From NCBI GenBank assembly GCA_964035545.1, contig OZ037765.1, positions 4,536,698 through 4,600,697 on the forward strand: 64,000 nt of DNA, given 5' to 3'. A model generated the notes under the pieces. The model was not told the origin of the DNA. It ran no database searches and saw only the letters and a list, made by a program, of their open reading frames with translations. The position numbers and the translations under genes were made by a program. Positions 53,801 through 64,000 of this stretch are shown piece by piece. This DNA is from Bugula neritina (taxonomy: Eukaryota > Animalia > Bryozoa). The stretch's first letter is position 1; every line of letters starts with the position of its first letter.

Positions 53801-56800
53801 GCAAATACAAGTGTATGTTTTGCATACTAATTTTACCTGGTATATTTACTTTATGTAACACTAGACAGATTCTGTTAGTTTAATATTATACTTAAAGTGG
53901 TATTAAGTAACCCGGTGTTTGATAGTTATTAATGCATTGTAATTTCCTTTTCGAATATGTTTATCATAGACTGAGTTTTCACTCATATGTCGCACACACA
54001 TGGGTAGATATGTAACTCCCATTTGTGTCCATCTCTAGATTTGGATATATTTGGTAGTGTCAAGTTTTTACTGTGTATTGCAAGTGCAGACAACTTCCCA
54101 AGCTAAAATTATCATCTCAAAGCTGGAATTGTTATTAACTTTAACATTGGTGCACCTTTCCATGCAGTCAAGAATTTTACATAAATTTGTAGTTGTCTTC
54201 TCTCTACATTTCAGTGGTTTAACTCCTAATGATCCCAGATGGGTTGGAGCCTGGTGGTTAGGATTTCTCATCAGTTCAATCTTTTCTGCTCTTCTAGCAC
54301 TGGTCATGTTTCTATTCCCCAAAGAGTTGCCAGGTGGAGATAATTTATTCAGCTTCTTTATTACATATTGTCAACTGTGTTACAATTTCATTGCAATTTA
54401 TACAGAAATATTTAAATAGTAAAGTTATGACGGCATGATTGCAGGTACGGCAGCCATTAGAGCAGCGAAAGTGTCAGAAGCTCATCAGAATAGTAATGAA
54501 GATGTAGTCAACAGTAAAGGGTTTGGACTAACGTTTAGAGACATGCCCATAGCTGTCTGGTATGTAGGTGCATATGGCCATGGAAGTTGTAATATGATAC
54601 TCTAGTATGACATTGTACTTAGGGAGCAGCCGTGGTCTAGAGGTTAGAGCGTTTGCCTAGTAATAATAATTACACAAACCCTCTAACACCAATCTTTCAC
54701 TTCCTTCTACAAGGTTAAATTTTAATACGTCTGTGCTTGCTGTGAAATAAAATCCGATAGTTTTGTAAGTATTAACAGACCAATTTATTCTACTTTCTGT
54801 AGGTTCCTGCTGAGAAATCCCACCTACATGTGCATCACAGTAGTGGCAACATTTGAAATAGCTCTGGCAGCTGGCTTCAGCACTTTCATGCCTAAATACG
54901 TCAGCAACCAGTTTGGCCAAAAAGCTAGTGCAGCAGGCATCTTAACTGGTGAGTTTTTGTAGAGTAATTGCTGTTGAATTTCAATTAATTGACACTAGCT
55001 TGCCAGTCTTAAATATTATATATACATTACACTACAAACTACACACCACACGCCACACACACGCCACACACACATAGATTAGATTAATTTATGTTTGCAA
55101 AGTGTAACTGAATATTTACTATATTTTTATTAAGGTTACGTTGCCGTGCCCGGCGCAGCCCTTGGTCAGTTCACTGGAGGTTTCATATGCCGACGGATGC
55201 AGCTAAAAGTACCTTCAATGCTAAAGATGACAATCATATGCTCTGTCTTGGTGCTAGTTCTTACTCCAATCTACTGGGCGCAATGCGGTGCAATCAGCAT
55301 AGCCGGAGTGACTACAGCTTACCCTGGGTGTGTATAATATACCTGATTTGTCTCCATGTCTGTTTGATATACAGATTGAGAATTAATGTAGTGCTGTTGT
55401 CTGTATGGCTGTTATTTTGCGTTTAGACATGTTCTCCCTGGAGAAGTAGATCTGAATTCAACGTGCAACTCAGGGTGTGGATGTAGTACAAGTACATATG
55501 AACCTGTGTGTGCAGACGGTATTCAGTATTTCTCTCCTTGTCATGCCGGATGTTCTCTGCAACCTGTTGAAGCTGGTGATGACATGGTAATATTTTCTCT
55601 TTTAGATATGTATAAGAATAATATGATGTACTTTTATGGCTTATATTATTGTTTTATGATTCATCAGGAAAACATAAAAAACATTACTGAGTATTAATTA
55701 TGATGCAAGTGTAATAAGAATGCCAAAAATTTAGTTTTTATTATTTGCAAACCAGGGATAGTTACTAAAAATCACACTTGAAAAATAAATAAAAATCATA
55801 ATTTGAAATTCATGTTCGTTATTTTTAGTAGCAGTATTTAAATTTTACAGTATTAGCTCACTTTATTATTATCATGAAAACAAAGCACACTGACAATTTT
55901 TTAAATAATACCATTTATGTTATATATTATATCATTGTAATATTATATAATCTTATATCATTTTAGTCACTTGTTTACCAGAACTGTGTCTGTCCTACAA
56001 ACAACCTACCAGGAGAGTCTGTTGCAAATCTCACATTGGTTAAGGCAGGGGTATGTCCTCAAGGCTGCCAGATGTTGTATGTTTTCCTTCCATTAGCCTT
56101 TGTAGTTTTCTTCATCACATTTTTAATGGGAGCTCCTACCACCATGACAACATTAAGGTTTGTTTTTTTCTATGGAAAATGGAACGGAACAATCTACTAT
56201 AAATTTTTTGTTTCATTTATCATGTTATTATATGGATAAACTTAATTATGAACCCTTATTTATTAATCATCAACATTTATTTGTTTTATATTTTGAATGT
56301 ATAATTCTAATGTTATTTACAGAGTCGTTCCTGAAAGTCAAAGAGCATTCGCAATTTCTTTGCAATGGGTATTTCTTCGATTTTTTGGTTCGTTTAGCTA
56401 TTTATTTAAACTAAGTACTCACATATATTGACTTGCAAAGCAGTTGTTCTTGACTCAAGTCGACTCAACTCATTGCTTGACTTGAACTTAACTTGAAATG
56501 CTTTTGTCTTAGTCATAACTTGGTTTGACTTGTAGCTTCAACCCAAGTAAAGTACTTTTAATTGGTAGTCTAACAACACTGCGGTATCCCACATATCTTT
56601 AGTGTAGATAATTTACCTGGTCCTATAATATTCTGTATCATATTTTGTAGATAATTTACCTGGTCCTATAATATTCTGTATCTTATATTACAGGTAGTAT
56701 ACCTGGTCCTATAATATTTGGCTCTATGATAGATGCAAGCTGTAGCTTATGGGATGAAGAATGCTCAGTGCAGGGCTCTTGTTGGATATACAACAACTTT

Positions 56801-56920
56801 GACATGTCTTTGAGATTATTTATTCTAACGGTTGTATTAAAAGTTCTCGCTTTATTTTTTAACATCTTAGGAGTCATCCTCTATAAACCATATAATAGTG
56901 AAGACAACTCTATAAAATAA
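47873..56920 (+). CDS. Solute carrier organic anion transporter (OATP/SLCO4A1-like), paralogue B, about 644 aa
   Basis: Same motifs and the same 13-exon structure as paralogue A: 47873-48035, 48723-48841, 49840-49999, 50706-50882, 52264-52363, 54215-54333, 54445-54559, 54803-54948, 55135-55327, 55427-55586, 55967-56157, 56323-56387, 56694-56920; phases consistent. The C-terminal tail is shorter than in A. Confidence 0.93.
48545..48743 (+). repeat. 46-bp acceptor + exon-start array at SLCO-B exon 2 (4 AGs)
   Basis: Same unit as 42249-42690; AGs at 48583, 48629, 48675 and 48721. Confidence 0.95.
50005..50175. repeat. Degenerate ~29-38-bp tandem repeat starting just after the SLCO-B exon 3 donor
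   Basis: About 5 copies of catttatacactactacactccttgctgt. Confidence 0.7.
52351..52424 (+). repeat. 19-bp exon-end + donor array at SLCO-B exon 5, 4 copies
   Basis: agtctccccctag|gtaagt family, homologous to 39751-40000. Confidence 0.9.
54621..54663 (+). mobile_element. 5' fragment (A-box region) of the tRNA-derived SINE
   Basis: agggagcagccgtggtctagaggttagagcgtttgcctagtaa, nearly identical to 43970-44012. Confidence 0.8.
56441..56581. mobile_element. Possible small non-autonomous DNA element with internal GACTT/GACTC repeats
   Basis: Left cagttgttcttgact pairs imperfectly with right agtctaacaacactg; internal ttgact repeats. Confidence 0.3.
56604..56718 (+). repeat. 43-bp acceptor + exon-start array at SLCO-B last exon (3 AGs)
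   Basis: AGs at 56606-07, 56649-50 and 56692-93; unit homologous to 35703-35796. Confidence 0.9.
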
Positions 56921-57383
56921 AAATGTTTTAGAACCTTTCTAAAATGTTTTAGAGCTTTTGATTCACCTACTTATTATTAAATATATTTTTCCTTTTGATA
57001 ATTGTAATTATTAGTTAATCTAATAAGATTTTGCTCAATGACAAATTATATTTTATCTACATATCAGTGATTTTGTATGTGATTTGGAATTTTTTTTCAA
57101 TATATTTATTCAAGTTATAGATATGTTTTTTTATTGCATAAATTCAGTGAAAAATTTTTATCGATTTTTCAGCATCTTTATTAACATCTTTTATAGTTCA
57201 TACTTTTCCCACACTCAAGTTGGGAGAACTCGTTTAACAAAGATGATGAAATAAAATATTTCCTCCAATCAGATGACTGGATATTTTTAACGTTGTGTGA
57301 ATTAGTAAAAACAGTTCTGCAACATTTATATCACCCTTTTGGGTGTAGTAGTATATTTATATGTAGAAGATTTTACACGATGA

Positions 57384-57582
57384 GCTACAGCTACCTACAT
57401 GAACTGCATATATGGAATATCTTATAGTTGGAGAAATAATCAAGTCAATCAATATTATAAACTATGTATAGATGATTCATCTATAGCTGCCTACGTTAAC
57501 TGCATATATGGAATATCTTATATAGTACAAAAAATAATCAAGTCAGCCATTTACAATATTATAAACTATGAAGATGACTCAT
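57384..57582. repeat. ~100-bp diverged tandem duplication downstream of SLCO-B
   Basis: Two copies of aactgcatatatggaatatcttata...aataatcaagtca...aatattataaactatg...agatga.tcat. Confidence 0.8.
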
Positions 57583-59084
57583 TTATAGAATACAGCTAAT
57601 TTATATGAGCCTTGCTCGTAGTCAGAGTCGCCTCCCTTTGCTAATGGAAATGTTAGTTCTACAAAGTAATGCAATGCAAATAATGTTAATAATATACACA
57701 GTTACTAGTGGCAAGCTGCATATAATATAAATAACATATGGTAATGGTTAAGATAATAGCAGGAAATGAGAATACAAGATTATAGAGATTGAGATGAAGT
57801 TAAGGATACAGAGAAGAGAGTAAGGTGTACTTTGTGTATATTTAATATTACTTGATATAACCTTAATGCTATTTAGAAATCTTTAAGTATAAAAAAATAG
57901 TGATGATAAAGGAAAGATAATAAGGTGATTTGTTTTCAAGTTGCCAACAATCTCTTTGACTTGACATAGTAAAAAACGTGGCTAGTAAAGTTTTCCCTAC
58001 ATAACCATCTTGATTAATTAAGCACTTGTGCCTCATAATATTGCAAACGCTGCTAAATTTATACTTGAAGACTTTTCTAGAAAATAGATGTTTTATCAAC
58101 AGTAGTGCATGGCTTGCACTACCTAGCACTCTCTTATATCTGGGCAGTGTTTATAACCTCATATATTTTGTAAACTTGTAATTTTGTAAACAAGAAATAA
58201 TGAGTTAATATGTGCAAGATTGCTGGCTGCAAATATCGCCCTGTTATGGTTCTTAAAACTGACTTGTTCAACCCATGGCTTTAAACCAAGAAGCATAAAT
58301 TAGTAGATTAAAAGAAAATTAATGCTAAAACTGCTATGTTGCACGTAATAAAAAATGTTCATCATAAACATCAGATTTTTCAGAGGAACTGACGATTTTT
58401 CGACTTATGGACACATAAAACTTGTAAAACCGAAAATAGATTGTTTAACTCGATGACCGACGAATTGTTTTATAAGCAGCTCTGAGTTGGGGGTGAAAGA
58501 CAAAATTAGTTTGGGAGTCTCAACAATTTGTAACGCCGGCATTTAAAATTGATCTGGAACTTTGTTAAGTTATACGGAGTGATGTGTGGATCGCAGTCTT
58601 TATTGTGCACTGGCCGGATGTTTGGTTACAATTAAATTTGCGTGGCGCGATTTGTACATTGTTGACATTCTCATTCTGCAAATAATAGTAACCTGCAATG
58701 CATACAAGTTATCAGTAATCGCGTGAGTCTTGGTGTAAGGATTATCTTTACACCAACCTGGTTTTTGCACTGGGTTTGATAGTTGTTTAGCATATCTTCT
58801 GTTTTATTACATGGTTCTATTCTACGAGTATATAAAATTCAACATGAAATTGAATATGTCAATGTCAATGTGTAAAATTTTATTAATAGTAATACAGATT
58901 AAGCCAGTGAGAATGAGATACTGATAGTGATAATTATAGTTTATACTATTACTATTAGTATTAGTATTAGTATTACTATACTATTAATTATACTTAGTTA
59001 TACGTATGCATTAACTTATAGTATAACTACTAGTTATACTAACTATAAGACTTAGAGTAAGTGACTAAGTCTTCTAATAATTAT

Positions 59085-59180
59085 AATACTAATACTAATA
59101 GTAATACTAATACTAATAGTAATACTAATAGTAATAGTAATGCTAATAGTAATACTAATACTAATACTAATAGTAATAGA
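59085..59180. repeat. (AATACT/AATAGT)n microsatellite
   Basis: Direct reading. Confidence 0.9.
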
Positions 59181-59473
59181 TTAATAATAATATATAAAAA
59201 TAGAGTAAAGTTAATGTTAAAGTTATACTTATAACTTATAGTTATAAGTTATAGTTATACTTATTGTTAATGTATTTCACTATTTGTAAAACTAAATATT
59301 ATACTAAATCTAATACTAATAGTAATAGTAATACTGATAATATTACTGTTAGTATTTCTATTATTATAATTATTAGATTTAGTATAACACTAACTCTAAC
59401 AGTGTTAGTAATACTGATACTTACACAGTTAATGTTACACTTACAGTAATAGCATTAACTGTAATATCAGTGC

Positions 59474-59520
<47 letters not shown>
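59474..59520. repeat. (TAG)n microsatellite
   Basis: About 15 perfect units. Confidence 0.95.
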
Positions 59521-61490
59521 ATAAACTAAGACTATTCATATTGCATTTATTATTATTAAATTTTACTAGTAGTATTGCTCACTATTGTGAGTATCACTAG
59601 TAGTAGTACTACTACTAGTATTACAGCTACTCAAAAATGCTAATAGTTATAGTCATAATGTTGGTATGTCTCAATGTCTGTAAGTGTATTGTTCATTCTT
59701 GTAATTGAGTAATAATCACAATGACAATATCAATAGTGAATCAGAATAGTGATTAAATACTATTAGTATTAGTGTTACTCTTAGTATCTGTATTCTGTAT
59801 TGGGCTATTGCTAATGCTATTACTATTAGTTCAGCCAAATTCATATTGTCGATATTGATGTTCAACTTCAAGTATAACAACTAATAAATATAATATTATA
59901 AGCAATAGCGGTAATGATAAATTTAAACTAATAATTATTGCTACAAATTATAATAATATACTTTTACTTTTAACTGTGATTTATAAATTACAACTCGATT
60001 TTCAAAGTGAACAATATTAACAGTCAGTCAATAACACTAACAGTAACAGTGACTCTCACTTTAAGCTCTGTAAGAGTCATTTTCACGACTTTGTGGCTAA
60101 AACTCAGAGTTAGTAAAAATGGAATTTGTCCATGCTAAATTTCACTTTTATTGTTGGGGTAAGAAATTATAAAGTCTCTATCCAAGATATCAGGAAGAAA
60201 ATTAGGAACTTAAACTTGTTTAAGCTTATATCGATTCCTAAGGGCCCTTTTTTATAAACTGATTAACTCTGTTTTTCTTGTTCTGTTCCTAAAATCCATT
60301 ACGCTTTCTAGTTCAGGCTGATCATCAAGACGCAGTTGAGCTTAGTATTACCTGTGATTAGTAGCAAGTTCGTGCTAAAACTCACTGCTCAGGCACTCAA
60401 GGTTATGACTGAAAGCAGTTTGAGTGACTGGTGACACTTAAATAGGCTTTGGCTTTCACAGTTGCTATAGACATAGTATTGGGAAGTCTGCTCAGACTTA
60501 GAATGACTGGATTTGGTTTATATTTTCATTGCTTTTAGTTTTGGTGATTTAAAATATTGACTTTAAGTTCAATACAAAATTGTATACTTTAAATTAAACT
60601 GAATATAAACCTTTTACTCATAGTAAACTTTTTTAGTTGTCCACTTATTAGTAGTGGCAGTGTTACTCAAATATTCACTTTTAGCACTACTAGGTCTAGT
60701 ATCATGTCCTAGTAGTTTTCTACTAGCTATAGATTAAGGATAATTGTTAATTAGTAATTAGGGATTCAAATTATGATTGTCTAATAGTGAGTCATAACAT
60801 ATGTTCGAGAACAAAAGCTGCGGCTTTGAAGAAATTTGGGCTTTCAAAATCGATTAATGTTGTTTAACTTCAAGTTTTATCTTTGAATATGCACAGCCCT
60901 TTTGCTAAATTTTAAATTTAAATGTTAAGTTTGCAATTTTAGTTTTATATTTTGCTTTTATTTCATTCTATTAGTTGATTATAATGTTGAAAATACACCC
61001 AGTTTTATGCATTTATTTATACACTATTTTAAGGGTGAGTATTTTTTCAACCAAATGCAATTTCTTGCACCAGTTTTCCTCAACTTGTGTATAATAAGCT
61101 ATATTTGTGAAAATAAAGAAAATTAAATGTCTTATTGTTCAAAAAATGTCACTCGAATTTAAATCTTACTGGTGCAAAGTTGCCTTGCCTAACCAGATTG
61201 TTGGTTTTTAAGGTTGGCTTCAATTTCCACAGAACTGAACTTTTGTCGAGAATAAGTTTCTTCAGAAGTTATTTCTAGGCTTATAATAACTTCTGTATTT
61301 ACTTTAAATATAATCTACAACAACATCCATTTTTAAGTGTCGTAGGGTATGCCATATGTAGGCTAGTTGCATGACATTCTTTATGCCACTGTTTCTAACA
61401 AAAGGAAGCAGTTGCACTCTTCAGTTTACAAAGAAAATGTTACTTGAATCCTGTTTTTAAAACATTTTGACTGTTAAATATGCTATAAAA

Positions 61491-61690
61491 AACATCGCTC
61501 AAGTTTATTGTCACCATCCCTGTGAGAAGGGTTTTTGTTAAATCGGGCTAAGGACTTATTCATATGTGGCACAGGAGCAATTATGACTGGATGCTCTTCC
61601 TAACATCACCAATGGCCTTTGTCCGGATTCGAACCCATGACTTCGTGCTTACTGGGCAAACATTTTAACCCATAGACCATGGCTGCTCCC
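61491..61690 (-). mobile_element. tRNA-derived SINE with 17-bp target-site duplication
   Basis: Reverse complement of the family consensus with intact B box GGTTCGAATCC; TTAAATATGCTATAAAA is duplicated at 61474-61490 and 61691-61707. Confidence 0.92.
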
Positions 61691-61751
61691 TTAAATATGC
61701 TATAAAAGTGTAATGCAATTCTTCCAGTGCCTGATTCCTCTCACATGAGCA

Positions 61752-63853
61752 ATGGCGGACAGAGAGGAGGCTGGACCTCCGCAGCTGGACAGTGAGAAGG
61801 AAAGTTTGAACAAACCGGCAGACAAAATTGCAGACGTTGAGCATGTGGAAGACAGCGTGGACACATCCTGTGGGTATACAGCCACTTGTAAGCCTAAGTT
61901 CTTGCAAAGGCTGGCTAATCCCACAGTCTATTTAGTGGTCATATCTATTTGCAGCATTATGCAAGGTAGGTTAGAATAAATACAACATGCCGTAGTGTAA
62001 AACTGGATGTTTTATTTTGTTCAGAAACTATTTCGTTATTAAAAATAATATTTTGTCAAGTTTCAGCATATCAATGTGATGGGGAATATCTACTAGATTC
62101 ACTGTAAAGGAAGTACTGAGATCAAACAGTATTCATCCTAAACCTCTTTTGTTTTCCTAAACCAAAATATTGCTGAAAATTGTCATTGTTACACCATTAA
62201 TCCAGACATGATTGCACTTTTTAAAAGTTTATAGCTTTCAGCTAGGGATGTGTGAATATATATTTGGCTATGATAGCAGATTATTACATGCCTTTGTTTG
62301 CCTAAATTTAGGAATATGAGGTTGATTGAAACCTTCAAACTGAAGGTCAAACATAACATCATTCATCACAGCGAATAACAATGAATATAAACTCATTGTT
62401 ATAACATGTCTAGTGTTAATTTTACAGTGTATCGCCCAGTTATTCCCATCATCTGCAATTGTTAGGGTTTGCTATATAAATGGTGTCAAAAACAGCCCAT
62501 CTCAACCTGTCAAACTGTTGTATAGATATTCCACATGTTTATCTCAGTTTTGACAATTGCAGTGAATGGTATTACTGAGTAACACATACTATATTCTAGG
62601 GTTTGCAGTGAATGGTATTACTGAGTAACACATACTATATTCTAGGGTTTGCAGTGAATGGTATTACTGAGTAACACATACTATATTCTAGGGTTTGTAG
62701 TGAATGGTATTACTGAGTAACACATACTATATTCTAGGGTTTGCAGTGAATGGTATTACTGAGTAACACATACTATATTCTAGGGTTTGCAGTGAATGGT
62801 ATTACTGAGTAACACATGGTATATTCTAGGGTTTGCAGTGAATGGTATTACTGAGTAACACATACTATATTCTAGGGTTTGCAGTGAATGGTATTACTGA
62901 GTAACACATACTATATTCTAGGGTTTACAGTGAATGGTATTACTGAGTAACACATGGTATATTCTAGGGTTTGCAGTGAATGGTATTACTGAGTAACACA
63001 TACTATGTTCTAGGGTTTGCAGTGAATAGTATTACTGAGTAACACATACTATATTCTAGGGTTTACAGTGAATGGTATTACTGAGTAACACATACTATAT
63101 TCTAGGGTTTGCAGTGAATGGTATTACTGAGTAACACATACTATATTCTAGAGTTTGCAGTGAATGGTATTACTGAGTAACACATACTATATTCTAGGGT
63201 TTACAGTGAATGGTATTACTGAGTAACACATACTATATTCAAGGGTTTACAGTGAATGGTATTACTGAGTAACACATACTATATTCTAGGGTTTGCAGTG
63301 AATGGTATTACTGAGTAACACATACTATATTCTAGGGTTTACAGTGAATGGTATTACTGAGTAACACGTACTATATTTTAGGGTTTGTAGTGAATGGTAT
63401 TACTGAGTAACACATACTATATTCTAGGGTTTGCAGTGAATGGTATTACTGAGTAACACATGGTATATTCTAGGGTTTGCAGTGAATGGTATTAACAATG
63501 TCAACATATCATCATATGAAAGGAGATACCTCCTCTCCAGCAAAAACTCTGGTCTGGTTGCCAGTTTCTATGACATAGCTGCCGGCATCACTGTAAGTTT
63601 CCTCCTTTTCACTCGCCTCAGTTTTCCATTCCTTAGTTGCGTTTATTCTGAGCTGCCATTGCACTCTTTCTGCAGGTTTTGCTGCTGTAGGTGTTGTTTG
63701 TGGGATATTTTGGAGGAATGGGTCATCAACCTCGCTTTCTTGGAGTAGGAGTTGCTTCCCTTGGGTTGGGATGTTTCATCATGTCAATGGCTCATTTCAC
63801 TTCTCCTATGTACGTACCGGAAGGCGCCAAGGGTTTGGCATGTGATATTGAAG
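61752..63853 (+). CDS. Solute carrier organic anion transporter (OATP/SLCO4A1-like), paralogue C, first three coding exons; continues beyond the window
   Basis: Exons 61752-61965, 63474-63592 and 63691-63853 are homologous to exons 1-3 of paralogues A and B ([49 protein letters not shown]). Confidence 0.9.
62558..63494 (+). repeat. 46-bp acceptor + exon-start array at SLCO-C exon 2 (20 AGs)
   Basis: Same unit as in paralogues A and B; AGs every 46 nt from 62598 to 63472. Confidence 0.97.
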
Positions 63854-64000
63854 GTAAGTGCTATCTAGTGTCCTTGGCACGTTCCAGAAGGTGTCGAGGT
63901 AACTACTATCTAATCTTCGATGTATTTACCTCGGCCAGTTACAAATGGCTGACTGGGCCAACTGTCCGATAAAACTCAAACTTCCTCTCCCAAGTTTGAG

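Noticed and set aside
62558-63494. CRISPR-like appearance of the 46-bp arrays (also 42249-42690 and 48545-48743)
   Set aside because: Units are contiguous with no unique spacers, there are no cas genes, and the context is spliceosomal eukaryotic genes.

Overview
AT-rich, intron-dense animal (invertebrate) genomic DNA; the taxon cannot be fixed from the sequence alone. Five protein-coding genes were reconstructed by hand with GT-AG junctions and consistent exon phases. WDFY3/Alfy (minus strand, 42 coding exons in the window) runs off the left edge inside its BEACH domain. HPF1 (minus, 6 coding exons) is complete. Three SLCO4-like organic anion transporter paralogues follow: A (minus) and B (plus) are head-to-head, and C (plus) is truncated by the right edge. 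Mobile DNA comprises five copies or fragments of a tRNA-derived SINE, a foldback/MITE family and a decayed LINE 3' end. The most unusual signal is at least 14 minisatellite arrays anchored on exon-intron junctions. Their units are copies of the splice site itself, usually with the adjacent exon end, so one junction carries 2-20 tandem donors or acceptors extending into the intron. One WDFY3 intron is built entirely of such units. Two arrays allow in-frame peptide insertions, and three array families recur at homologous junctions of the SLCO paralogues with different copy numbers. A second pattern is a low-complexity, micro-duplication-rich domain just downstream of the inferred promoters of four genes.
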